Source of the DNA: Nemertoderma westbladi
Taxonomy: Eukaryota; Animalia; Xenacoelomorpha
Length of the DNA stretch: 64,000 nucleotides
NCBI GenBank assembly: GCA_032718475.1
Contig: JAUCBJ010002200.1
Coordinates: 17,970 to 81,969, forward strand
Direction of reading: 5' to 3'
A program made the position numbers and the translations under genes. The notes under the pieces were generated by a model. It was not told the DNA's origin. It ran no database searches and saw only the letters and a list, made by a program, of their open reading frames with translations. Positions 14,178-27,215 of this stretch are shown one piece after another. Every line of letters begins with the position of its first letter. Within the stretch, counting starts at the first letter, position 1.

Positions 14178-15529
14178 GTTTATGTATACAGTTGAATGTC
14201 TACTGCTGTATCACAGTCTGAGCAAGTCTAGTAACTCAGTATTAACTGCTAGCCTAGTAATTAATTACCGGTACTGCTACTCAGTGTAGCGTGATATATA
14301 ATATATTAGAATACCAGTATGCTTATAGTATATATAACTATTATTACAGACTAGGTTTATCACCGAATACCGGTATAATTTTAGCACAAATATATATAAA
14401 TATATAATAGGCCTATCGTGGATACCGGTATGCAGTTTACACTTATAGTGTATATATATAAGTATAATTACAGACTAGAATTAATTACAGAATACCGGTA
14501 TGATTTCAACCTAAAATTTATAGAAATAAATATAATAAGCCTATTGTAAATACCGGTATGTCAATTATTTTAGAATAATTGAATTTCTGAATTTTAAGGG
14601 TTACTTGGTTACTTTAACTTACTTTATTACCGTTATTTAAGCAGTAGTCCAACTGATATTGAGACCTAATGGTTTTATGGTAGGCCTACTATTTATAAAT
14701 CGTTAGATTTGATTTATAATATATATATACCCGTTTTAATGGGTTTGTCAATGTTTGAAATAAATGTTATTATTTCTGGGGAGTAATCACTACACAAAGC
14801 GGTGCGCTTTCAGTGAAGTGTTACTTATAGGACACTAAAACAAATAATACTAATTTACCTAAGTTACTTAATACTACAAATTACGTACAATTCGGGTGAG
14901 ATTACAATCTCTAAATAAACACAAAAATTTACAAAACGCAAAATACGAATTTTTTAGGGTAATTTTACAAGAAGTCTACAAACCAGCCTAACAAAGGGTT
15001 AGAATTCTGGTTATTACAACGGACAGGGTACTACGGTATTTGAAAATAATACTTAGTAGTAAATACACTGCGTTGTCCAGATAGAAAAATACCACCGCCT
15101 GACGACCTATAGCCGTATCGCTATAGGTTCTACGTTATGTATCACGGAGTGTTCCTACCTAGAAGTTAATAGAGCTAATCGAACGTGCCTATCAACCACT
15201 TTACAACACAAATATAATGCCTACACTAATTACTCTCGGAAAGCACTGTACACTAAACCCTAAATTAGGTACGAGTACTTGTACAACAGATAATCAGTAG
15301 TTAAATATACTTGAACAGCTAAAAGAACCACGGCATCTGCTGGAGTGACCGATGCACAAAATCACCAGTCTTTACCTACGCCAAGCAGCCCGTGTAGTAC
15401 CGGGGTTAATTTAACTATAGCGGTATGTATAACAAACACAATTACTGTAGGAACAAACTTGGGGAATGAATGTTGCGAATAATCGCATAAACTCTGAATA
15501 ATAAATATTACGCTACGCGTACAAACTAC

Positions 15530-16080
15530 TCAAACAAAATGCAGACCGAACACTGACAGACTACTATCAAGCCTAAACAAACTACGGTATATGCAGACTC
15601 CGAAATAATTAGGTAGTATGCGTTCTAACCCAGTAGTACGACTTATTCTTTAATTGGGGGTTTACCTTACAGCATTCGCTGCCCCTACTTCCTAACCGTT
15701 CTTTATCGGACAAGTGATCTACACACGCTGCAATCCGTTCAGACCTAATAACAGCCAGACAACTATCCAGCCTACAAATTATCTAAATAAAATTATACGC
15801 TACCCGTACAGACTTACACAAACAAAGTACAGACTAAACGATGGCAGACTACTCTCAAGCCTAAATAAACTACAGGACATGCAGACTCCGAAATGATTAG
15901 GGAGTATGCGTTCTAACCCAGTAGTACGACTTATTCTTTAGTTGGGGGTTTACCTTACAGCATTCGCTGCCCCTACTTCCTAACCGTACTTAATCGGACA
16001 GGTGATCTACACACACTGCAATTCGTTCGGACTTAACAGCAATCAGACAACAGCTCAGCCTACAAATCGTCTGTACAATC
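15530..16080. repeat. ~290-bp tandem duplication in the E1 5' leader
   Basis: tatgcgttctaacccagtagtacgacttattcttta...cagcattcgctgcccctacttcctaaccgt occurs at ~15617 and ~15906; single copy in the E2 leader. Confidence 0.85.
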
Positions 16081-16426
16081 TGATCAGGTTTACACGCCTT
16101 CTGTTCAATACTGGCCTACAAATAAATAAAACTTGACAGAAATAAGTAAACCATATAAAGGAATAAGGGGTGATCAATCCCTAATCCCTCAACAGCCTAC
16201 CGGTATGCAACAATCAAATCGAATAATACTAGTGTACTTATACGGAAGTACCGGTTAGGACAGCTAGGCCTAAGGACCTACAGAAGTACCGGTTCTGGCA
16301 GTTGGACCTACGGACCTACGGCAGTACCGGTTCTGGCAGTTGGGCCTACTGACCTACAGATGTACCGGTTCAGGTTTACCGGTTGACCGGTACTTTCAAC
16401 TTTATTGCTTACTGCAATAAAGAAGC

Positions 16427-16438
16427 TATATCCTTTAA
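16427..16438 (-). promoter_or_regulatory. E1 non-tRNA primer-binding site TTAAAGGATATA
   Basis: Abuts the CA end of the 5' LTR; no TGG; exact complement of LTR 12-mer at 17168-17179 (also 2326-2337). Confidence 0.75.
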
Positions 16439-17619
16439 TGTTCGCGCTTTCAGACCTTTGGCAGTTTAACCCGCCAAATTAAGATGTCTTCTAGATATTA
16501 AATCGCTTTTTAGCCTATGACAAGTATTTGATTCACTACACTAGTCGAAACCAATCTGTGCGCGATCATTCACCCGCTGGATATTCCCGGGAGATTGGGT
16601 TCGACGGTTTAATTTTATTGCTATGTAAGCCTAATGTATTATTCGACTGACAGTATTATATAATCTCTGACAATATTATTCACCTTAGGGAATATTAACA
16701 GTTCCTTTAGGACGTGGCGCTTTATTTATATAAACAGAGTTATGACTTAAACTACTCACAACGATATGGCTTAATTATAATTCACATATAATATGGCGCA
16801 TTCTTTAGGAAATGCTTCTTTAACAGACTCACTCGTACACAATGCTGCACAATACTGCACACTAATCTGCCAATCTTCACTGATTTTAGTCACATATAAA
16901 AGGAACACAGACTGACTCATGTAGGGTCTATCAAATAACATTAGATTCACTTCAAACCACTTTAACATAAGTCACAATCGTTATAGGTAACCTTTCTCTC
17001 TTACCTTCGGTATATCAAGAATATTGGGTTTTCGGGGTTATTTCTCGTTATTCCAATATAATAATTCATCAACAAATATAATGAATAACCGACAACAAAT
17101 AGCAGTATACAGTATTGATTGAGCAGGTAATTTTTAGCAGTGAGATATTCAAGTGATTAAAAGCCAGTTAAAGGATATATGTCCTTATAATTAAACCTAC
17201 TAGTGTTGAGCTAAAAAGCAGAAAGCACAAAACACTAAAAAGCCGTTCTTTCGTGGCTTTGAAAAACTCGTGACTACTACTCTATACGAGGATACCAACT
17301 ACCCTTATTCCACGAAGCTCCCGTTCAACACAGAGAAAGAGCAGTGAGATAGGAAAATTTCAGTTCAGTAGCTCTGTGATAGGTCAAAATCAAGGCTAAC
17401 TCAAATTCTATTGGGAGATACAAAAACAAGGCTATGACGCAACCTTCCTAGGCTGGTTGGCCGATTAAACAGAGCCCAGATACCTGCGTACAGCAAATCA
17501 GCCAATAAGCTGGTAGCTTGCACTATTTTAGCTATAGATCCCCTTGAGAGTATTCTAGCGACCGGGGGGGAACTGGCCAGCAAAGCAAACGAACCAGTTA
17601 TACCACAAAAGCTTTTACA
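16439..17619 (-). repeat. E1 5' LTR (1181 bp)
   Basis: Direct repeat of 1600-2777 with TG...CA ends. Confidence 0.97.
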
Positions 17620-20600
17620 CTCCTCCAGTAATACAACTGTACCAACCTGTACCAAGCTCCTCCAGTAATACAACTGTACCAACCTGTACCAAGCTCCTCC
17701 AGTAATACAACTGTACCAACCTGTACCAAGCCCCTCCAGTAAGACAACTGTACCAACCTGTACCAAGCTCCTCCAGTAATACAACTGTATCAACCTGTAC
17801 CAAGCTCCTCCAGTAATACAACTGTACCAACCTGTACCAAGCTCCTCCAGTAATACAACTGTACCAACCTGTACCAAGCTCCTCCAGTAATACAACTGTA
17901 CCAACCTGTACCAAGCTCCTCCAGTAATACAACTGTACCAACCTGTACCAAGCTCCTCCAGTAATACAACTGTACCAACCTGTACCAAGCCCCTCCAGTA
18001 TTACAACTGTACCAACCTGTACCAAGCTCCTCCAGTAATACAACTGTACCAACCTGTACCAAGCTCCTCCAGTAATACAACTGTACCAACCTGTACCAAG
18101 CTCCTCCAGTAATACAACTGTACCAACCTGTACCAAGCCCCTCCATTAATACAACTGTACCAACCTGTACCATCCCCTCCATTAATACAACTGTACCAAC
18201 CTGTACCAAGCCCCTCCAGTAATACAACTGTACCAACCTTTACCAAGCTCCTCCATTAATACAAATGTATCAACCTGTACCAAGCCCCTCCATTAATACA
18301 ACTGTACCAACCTGTACCATCCCCTCCATTAATACAACTGTACCAACCTGTACCAAGCCCCTCCAGTAATACAACTGTACCAACCTGTACCAAGCTCCTC
18401 CATTAATACAAATGTATCAACCTGTACCAAGCCCCTCCATTAATACAACTATACCAAGCTCCTCCAGTAATACAACTGTACCAACCTGTACCAAGCTCCT
18501 CCAGTAATACAACTGTACCAACCTGTACCAAGCTCCTCCAGTAATACAACTACCAACCTGTACCAAGCTCCTCCAGTAATACAACTGTACCAACCTGTAC
18601 CAAGCTCCTCCAGTAATACAACTGTACCAACCTGTACCAAGCTCCTCCAGTAATACAACTGTACCAACCTGTACCAAGCCCCTCCAGTAATACAACTGTA
18701 CCAACCTGTACCAAGCTCCTCCAGTAATACAACTGTACCAACCTGTACCAAGCTCCTCCAGTAATACAACTGTACCAACCTGTACCAAGCTCCTCCAGTA
18801 ATACAACTGTACCAACCTGTACCAAGCCCCTCCATTAATACAACTGTACCAAGCTCCTCCAGTAATACAACTGTACCAACCTGTACCAAGCTCCTCCAGT
18901 AATACAACTGTACCAACCTGTACCAAGCTCCTCCAGTAATACAACTACCAACCTGTACCAAGCTCCTCCAGTAATACAACTGTACCAACCTGTACCAAGC
19001 TCCTCCAGTAATACAACTGTACCAACCTGTACCAAGCCCCTCCATTAATACAACTGTACCAAGCTCCTCCAGTAATACAACTGTACCAACCTGTACCAAG
19101 CTCCTCCAGTAATACAACTGTACCAACCTGTACCAAGCTCCTCCAGTAATACAACTACCAACCTGTACCAAGCTCCTCCAGTAATACAACTGTACCAACC
19201 TGTACCAAGCTCCTCCAGTAATACAACTGTACCAACCTGTACCAAGCTCCTCCAGTAATACAACTGTACCAACCTGTACCAAGCTCCTCCAGTAATACAA
19301 CTGTACCAACCTGTACCAAGCCCCTCCAGTAATACAACTGTACCAACCTGTACCAAGCTCCTCCAGTAATACAACTGTATCAACCTGTACCAAGCTCCTC
19401 CAGTAATACAACTGTACCAACCTGTACCAAGCTCCTCCAGTAATACAACTGTACCAACCTGTACCAAGCTCCTCCAGTAATACAACTGTACCAACCTGTA
19501 CCAAGCTCCTCCAGTAATACAACTGTACCAACCTGTACCAAGCTCCTCCAGTAATACAACTGTACCAACCTGTACCAAGCTCCTCCAGTAATACAACTGT
19601 ACCAACCTGTACCAAGCTCCTCCAGTAATACAACTGTACCAACCTGTACCAAGCTCCTCCAGTAATACAACTGTACCAACCTGTACCAAGCTCCTCCAGT
19701 AATACAACTGTACCAACCTGTACCAAGCTCCTCCAGTAATACAACTGTACCAACCTGTACCAAGCTCCTCCAGTAATACAACTGTACCAACCTGTACCAA
19801 GCTCCTCCAGTAATACAACTGTACCAACCTGTACCAAGCTCCTCCAGTAATACAACTGTACCAACCTGTACCAAGCTCCTCCAGTAATACAACTGTACCA
19901 ACCTGTACCAAGCTCCTCCAGTAATACAACTGTACCAACCTGTACCAAGCCCCTCCAGTAATACAACTGTACCAACCTGTACCAAGCTCCTCCAGTAATA
20001 CAACTGTACCAACCTGTACCAAGCTCCTCCAGTAATACAACTGTACCAACTTGTACCAAGCCCCTCCAGTAATACAACTGTACCAACCTGTACCAAGCTC
20101 CTCCAGTAATACAACTGTACCAACCTGTACCAAGCTCCTCCATTAATACAAATGTATCAACCTGTACCAAGCCCCTCCATTAATACAACTGTACCAACCT
20201 GTACCATCCCCTCCATTAATACAACTGTACCAACCTGTACCAATCCCCTCCAGTAATACAACTGTACCACCCTGTACTAAGCTACTCCATTAATACAAAT
20301 GTATCAACCTGTACCAAGCCCCTCCATTAATACAACTGTACCAAGCTCCTCAATTAATACAAATGTATCAACCTGTACCAAGCCCCTCCATTAATACAAC
20401 TGTACCAAGCTCCTCCAGTAATACAACTGTACCAACCTGTACCAAGCTCCTCCAGTAATACAACTGTACCAACCTGTACCAAGCTCCTCCAGTAATACAA
20501 CTACCAACCTGTACCAAGCTCCTCCAGTAATACAACTGTACCAACCTGTACCAAGCTCCTCCAGTAATACAACTGTACCAACCTGTACCAAGCTCCTCCA

Positions 20601-22692
20601 GTAATACAACTGTACCAACCTGTACCAAGCCCCTCCAGTAATACAACTGTACCAACCTGTACCAAGCTCCTCCAGTAATACAACTGTATCAACCTGTACC
20701 AAGCTCCTCCAGTAATACAACTGTACCAACCTGTACCAAGCTCCTCCAGTAATACAACTGTACCAACCTGTACCAAGCTCCTCCAGTAATACAACTGTAC
20801 CAACCTGTACCAAGCTCCTCCAGTAATACAACTGTACCAACCTGTACCAAGCTCCTCCAGTAATACAACTGTACCAACCTGTACCAAGCTCCTCCAGTAA
20901 TACAACTGTACCAACCTGTACCAAGCTCCTCCAGTAATACAACTGTACCAACTTGTACCAAGCTCCTCCAGTAATACAACTGTACCAACCTGTACCAAGC
21001 CCCTCCAGTAATACAACTGTACCAACCTGTACCAAGCTCCTCCAGTAATACAACTGTACCAACCTGTACCAAGCTCCTCCAGTAATACAACTGTACCAAC
21101 TTGTACCAAGCCCCTCCAGTAATACAACTGTACCAACCTGTACCAAGCTCCTCCAGTAATACAACTGTACCAACCTGTACCAAGCTCCTCCATTAATACA
21201 AATGTATCAACCTGTACCAAGCCCCTCCATTAATACAACTGTACCAACCTGTACCATCCCCTCCATTAATACAACTGTACCAACCTGTACCAAGCCCCTC
21301 CAGTAATACAACTGTACCACCCTGTACTAAGCTACTCCATTAATACAAATGTATCAACCTGTACCAAGCCCCTCCATTAATACAACTGTACCAAGCTCCT
21401 CAATTAATACAAATGTATCAACCTGTACCAAGCCCCTCCATTAATACAACTGTACCAACCTGTACCATCCCCTCCATTAATACAACTGTACCAACCTGTA
21501 CCAAGCCCCTCCAGTAATACAACTGTACCAACCTGTACCACGCCCCTCCATTAATACAACTGTACCAACCTGTACCATCCCCTCCATTATACAACTGTAC
21601 CAACCTGTACCAAGCCCCTCCAGTAATACAACTGTACCAAGCTCCTCCATTAATACAAATGTATCAACCTGTACCAAGCCCCTCCATTAATACAACTGTA
21701 CCAAGCTCCTCCATTAATACAAATGTATCAACCTGTACCAAGCCCCTCCATTAATACAACTGTACCAACCTGTACCATCCCCTCCAGTAATACAACTGTA
21801 CCAACCTGTACCAAGCTCCTCCATTACTACAACTGTACCAACCTGTACCAAGCCCCTCCAGTAATACAACTGTACCAACCTGTACCAAGCCCCTCCATTA
21901 ATACAACTGTACCAAGCTCCTCCATTAATACAAATGTATCAACCTGTACCAAGCCCCTCCATTAATACAAATGTATCAACCTGTACCAAGCCCCTCCATT
22001 AATACAACTGTACCAACCTGTACCATCCCCTCCATTAATACAACTGTACCAACCTGTACCAAGCCCCTCCAGTAATACAACTGTACCAACCTGTACCAAG
22101 CTCCTCCATTAATACAAATGTATCAACCTGTACCAAGCCCATCCATTAATACAACTGTACCAACCTGTACCATCCCCTCCATTAATACAACTGTACCAAC
22201 CTGTACCAAGCCCCTCCAGTAATACAACTGTACCAACCTGTACCAAGCTCCTCCATTAATACAAATGTATCAACCTGTACCAAGCCCCTCCATTAATACA
22301 ACTGTACCAAGCTCCTCCAGTAATACAACTGTACCAACCTGTACCAAGCTCCTCCAGTAATACAACTGTACCAACCTGTACCAAGCTCCTCCAGTAATAC
22401 AACTACCAACCTGTACCAAGCTCCTCCAGTAATACAACTGTACCAACCTGTACCAAGCTCCTCCAGTAATACAACTGTACCAACCTGTACCAAGCTCCTC
22501 CAGTAATACAACTGTACCAACCTGTACCAAGCCCCTCCAGTAATACAACTGTACCAACCTGTACCAAGCTCCTCCAGTAATACAACTGTAGCAACCTGTA
22601 CCAAGCTCCTCCAGTAATACAACTGTACCAACCTGTACCAAGCTCCTCCAGTAATACAACTGTACCAACCTGTACCAAGCCCCTCCAGTAAT
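17620..22692. repeat. 37-bp tandem satellite (right part), ending inside POLR3F exon
   Basis: Same unit with shorter deletion variants and higher-order blocks; the last copy is the POLR3F coding sequence ITGGAWY plus donor. Confidence 0.99.
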
Positions 22693-22854
22693 GCTACTAT
22701 CCGGGGTTAGATTGTATAACATATAAAGCTTCCTTTTGCTCTGATTTACGCTCGTAACGGCCTTTATTAACTTTTTACTCTCGAGATTTTTAAGCATCTT
22801 ATTTAGAGCCGTTAAAGTAAGTCCGTGACCGGTAGCATTTCTTATATTCCGAAC
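22670..22854 (-). CDS. POLR3F: RNA polymerase III subunit RPC6/RPC34, third coding exon
   Basis: VRNIRNATGHGLTLTALNKMLKNLESKKLIKAVTSVNQSKRKLYMLYNLTPDSSITGGAWY closely resembles RPC34 (LKNLESKKLIKAV...YMLYNL.PD.S.TGGAWY); acceptor ctctag, donor AG|GTTGGT (phase 2). Confidence 0.93.
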
Positions 22855-23365
22855 CTAGAGGGAAATATAAATTATTATATTCCGGATCTAGAGGGAAATA
22901 TAAATTATTATATTCCGGATCTACAATAGATCCGGCCCTGTGGGAGGTGGGGGAGGGGGGGGGGGGGGGGGGAGGGGTGGATACAATTAATTATAATTAT
23001 AAATATGGATATTATATTATAATTAAAGAGGATTTTTAATTCTGGAGCTAGATAAGTCAATAACTTGACGGGATGGCCTTAACTAATTATTGATGTAATA
23101 TCGTATAAACAATAGCCATCATAATAATACGAATCTAAATTATATCACCTATGAAACTGCAAACGTCCGAAAGACAAAGTCAAAATCTGAATAGACTACA
23201 TTTGTTTATTAAAGTGTAGGCCTACGTGGAGTAATTTGATTGGTTTACAGTATAGGACAATAACTAGGAATAGAATAGAGGTCTTGTGATAACTTTAATA
23301 TCATTATTAAATAATTAACTATAAACTAAATATAAAAATAACTAAATAATTAAACATAAACTTAC

Positions 23366-23509
23366 CCAAATACCTTTATCACCAGCCTCCTCTATTATAC
23401 CGTAAACCAACTCCTCAGCTCCCCCGCTCTCTAATTCCGAAGTAATCGCCACATTACGTTCCACTTTACAACGGTAGAACGGTTCCGTACTGCCTCGAGC
23501 GCGGAGGAT
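23366..23509 (-). CDS. POLR3F: POLR3F second coding exon
   Basis: ILRARGSTEPFYRCK...EELVYGIIEEAGDKGIW (RPC34 E.LVY.IIE.AG.KGIW); ttttag acceptor, gtaagt donor, 144 nt phase 0. Confidence 0.92.
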
Positions 23510-24183
23510 CTAAAACATTAAATGGTAAAACAAAATAGTTCTACTGCCTGACTGCCTATTTAGTACTATCGGACATATAAATTGTGTAAAATGTATAAAA
23601 TGGCCAAGTGCAGTAGGGTTGAGCACAGTGGCAGCATACTATTTATTATCGTATTAACAGAGGGGAGGCCAAGAGGACGTAATTTGCAAAGCAGTAATTA
23701 AACCATAACCCGCATGAATTACTGCTTTAACTATGGTTTGTGCCTGACCAACAAACCCTAACCTAAAAAACATACCAATATCCTATCCTAGTCACTGTAG
23801 TCAGTACCTATAGAAAACACCCCAATAACCAAGTCATTGAGTTAGGCCTACCCAAGGCCAAGGCAGCGAAGTAAAATAACGTTGTATGTTTTCCATATAA
23901 AAAGTGGCGTCTGGAGTGTGATAGAGCCAAACAAAAGTTAGATTTATAGTACCGGTACCACAGGGGTTACTCATATCTCCCAAAATATACAGATAGGATG
24001 AATATTTTAGACTTCCCCAACGCCATCGCTATCGTAAGTAACACATTGACGGTGTAGACCTATTCAGAACATATTTATACAACGATGTAAATATCAGGAC
24101 GGATTGGTTTACGTCCATACAATAGACCCAACGAAATCAAAACAAACTACGGGTGTTACTGTTTATGTTACATGTTAACAAAC

Positions 24184-24405
24184 TTCTAATTTGCTGCAAG
24201 TAAGTAGTTGGTTGACAGCAGCGAGTCTGTCTCCGGGACTCCCCCATTCAACTTCCGCCCAAAGTGACGAGTCGGAAATGCTGTCGTGTTTCTGGCAAAC
24301 TTCCAGGATTCTCTCGACCAGCAGGTCGTTCATATTCGGGATCTGGGCGACATTGCTCGGTCCGGCTTCCGATAAGTTACCGGTTTTCGAGCTACTGGAA
24401 TTCAT
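24184..24405 (-). CDS. POLR3F: POLR3F first coding exon
   Basis: ATG at 24405; ERILEVCQKH...RLAAVNQLLTCSKLE fits RPC34 first winged helix; GAA|GTTTGT donor joins the next exon in frame. Confidence 0.82.
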
Positions 24406-25008
24406 CGCAGTTGAGCCTAAAGCTAAAAGTTAGCCTCGAGTTTCTGACAAAAAATACAGTTGTCAGCTTACAGTATATTCCAAGCCAGGCACCAGCACCA
24501 GGGCAAAGGCATAATGGCAAATTAATTTTATATAAAATCTGAAGACAATACAGCAATAGGCCTAATTTAAAATTTTAAGAGATAGGTTGATAGGTGTGCT
24601 GTACTACATTACATCATAACATTACGGCGTGAATACGAGGGAACAAAGATAAAACACCCCACTAACTGCACTATCTGACAACTATTGCACTATCTGACTA
24701 CTACCGGTACTGCACTGCAATGACGAACGTAAAAAATGTACAAATAACACTAGCAGACTTTGCCTACATGTACATGAATTTCAAATTGAATTTCCCACTC
24801 CTAACGTTTGGCCCGTCAGCAGGATAGCCAATGAAAAATGATTATTGAAGCAAAGAATGAATCTCAGATATCTTAGATAAATCTACAGATAGATAGATCT
24901 AATCTTAGATATAATAAAATTTGCAGTTGTTAGCCATTGCCGCATTGCGAATCGAATATACACACCTACTGACATTGACTCCTTATTCCTTACCTTACTT
25001 GTGCATAC

Positions 25009-25503
25009 TACCCACTGAAAAATTCCCATGCGTATCGCAAGTGATTTTAATGCGTGTCATGCGTTTTTATTGCGGCTCAATAAATAGCGTGTGATTCACA
25101 TGTAAAATAATGTAAAGATATGTAACATAGTAATATAGTAATGTAAGATAAGTACAGTAGGCAGATGATATGGAAGCCCATATAGTATCAAACAGTTAGT
25201 AGTGGAATAATCAACTACTGTGTCATATTTTCTGACACAAGGTCTCAATATATTACACAAAAATCACAAACAGTAGATTTTTGTGATATTTATGCGTCAT
25301 GACGCTTGAAAGTCGCAAGTTAATCGCATGTGATTTGTATGCGACTGAACGCAAGTTGTTGCGATATTTATGCGACTTAACGCAAGTTGTTGCGATATCT
25401 ATGCGACTTAACGCATGTAGGTCGCTTGCATAACTCTTGGGAATCACATCAGATACGCCTGCGTTGCACGCTTGCGATACGCTTGCGCACTTTTTACTGG
25501 GTA
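25009..25503. mobile_element. Probable MITE (~0.5 kb)
   Basis: Imperfect terminal inverted repeats tacccactgaaaaa / tttttactgggta; internal short repeats (gcaagttgttgcgatat). Confidence 0.4.
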
Positions 25504-26036
25504 GGTTGAGGTTCTTGACAAACATACAGCAATTGATCCACTACACGATACTGAACGTATTGGCTGCAGCGCATCCTGTATGGATTGAATAGAATTTGAT
25601 CAATTTACTTGCAAACATTTTCTACTTCGATGCTCTTTCAACAAAATAAACTTTCAATAAAATTTAAGAAATTCCCTAAAAATATTAAATCCAATCCATT
25701 AAATGGAATGCAATCCTATAGGTCACTGTTTCGCCCACGTGAAGAATACCAGAATTTCACTTTTCGGTCGACATTTTATTGGAATTTTATATATGGAGAG
25801 TTTGTAATTTTTTAAATTTATCTTTATTAAGTGTTTTATAGAGCTTATTTCTGTCTTACAACCTGTACATGTACTAATTCGTTTATTGTTTTGGTTAGAT
25901 TCAGCCCTTCTGTAACCTGTGTTTTTGGTGAAAACCTGGTATTCTTCAAATGGGGGTAACTGCAAAGTGAAATATAACGGCAGGAAGTCTGGTATTCTTC
26001 CCATGGGCCCACTTTTTGTCGCTAGGGAAAGAAAGA

Positions 26037-26141
26037 GGTGTACGGACAATTCCGACCCGGACAATTCCGACCCATCCAGAGATCAAATGAAATTTTCATG
26101 GGTCGGAATTGTCCGGATCCAGCATAGGACAATTCCGACCC
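26037..26141. repeat. Direct and inverted ggacaattccgaccc motifs, likely DNA-transposon end
   Basis: Four copies, one inverted. Confidence 0.5.
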
Positions 26142-26429
26142 AAATAATTTAATAATATTAATAATAATAACTTTATTTAACATTTGTGTTGCTCTGTGCC
26201 AATCTAAGTAAATATACACACCATTTTACTAATTATAGCCACCGGGGCGTAATCCGGATGTAATAATAATAATCTGACTCCACTGCGACACCCACCATGT
26301 GGAATGGCAAACCAGGGTGTGGTATTTGCCCCGAGAGCTGACTCGGCAAAAAAGCACCCCCCAACCCCCACTATGGATTACATTAGTAATGCGGAGGTCC
26401 GGCCACTTAAGGCCAGTGAAATTATCGGA

Positions 26430-27215
26430 CTACTACTACTACTACTACTACTAGGATCGGCATGCTGCATTGCAGCTGCATTTTTAAGAATGCTGTGCCG
26501 GCTTGTCGACAAAATTACGCCGCCACAACTCTCTATCACCCATGACATTTGCTAGATCATCCGCATCTTCAAGGCCAGTGACCTTTAAGATGCGTCTCAA
26601 GAAAGTCATGAGCTGTCCACCATGCTTATTCACTACATGAGGCTGTCAAAGCACAAGATTATGCACTGGCTGGTCCTCACGGCGAAAGCAATGTCATGCA
26701 AAGCGGAGGCGACTTTGTTCTAGTGTCAAGCTTGGGCGAACCAATGAGACACCTCCAATGTTATATATTGTCTGGTTGAAGATGTGTGCATTGTACTTGA
26801 CACAATGAACACGGCGTAGCATTCTTGTGAATGAGCCATCCAGAGATTTGGTGTCCTCAGCAGTTAGAGCCCATCATGGACTCCAATAAAGGAGTACTGG
26901 AACTACTGCTGCTCTAAATAATCGGACCTTAAGTTTCTGATTAATTTTATATGACTTCCAAATCCTGGAAAGCTCATTCAATGTTTCCCATGCCATTCTC
27001 TTACGTATTCGAAGGTCCTCAACTGACTTCCGGATCCATGATCCATGCTAACAGAAGTCGTACATATGCTCAAGCATACCATTCATTGAACTTGTGCTCA
27101 TGCAGGGCATTGGCGGTAAACCAGCCTGTGCAAAATCTTGTGCTTTGGCGGCCTTATGGAGTGAATAATCATGGTTGACTTTCTTGAGACGCCTCTTAAA
27201 GGACAATGGCCTTGA
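26430..27215 (-). mobile_element. Decayed 3' end of an RTE-like LINE
   Basis: Minus strand reads approximately RLRFA*HC.RREDQPVHNLVL (RTE-type C-terminus) and ends in a (TAG)n tail at ~26430-26452. Confidence 0.6.

Larger units (their letters stand above)
1600..17619 (-). mobile_element. BEL/Pao LTR retrotransposon E1, recent insertion
   Basis: TG...CA termini, 5-bp TSD CTCCT (1595-1599 / 17620-17624), near-identical LTRs (by eye one substitution and one 3-bp indel), gag-PR-RT-RH-IN order with BEL-type motifs. Confidence 0.98.

Noticed and set aside
1-22692. CRISPR array, or genes from the many VQVGTVVLLEELGTGWYSC ORFs
   Set aside because: Head-to-tail 37-mers with no unique spacers and no cas genes in eukaryotic context; the ORFs arise from a stop-free repeat unit.
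22945-22980. Poly-G/C runs (also ~29660, 39525, 57660, 63630) as functional G-quadruplexes
   Set aside because: Simple homopolymers scattered through the window with no functional context.
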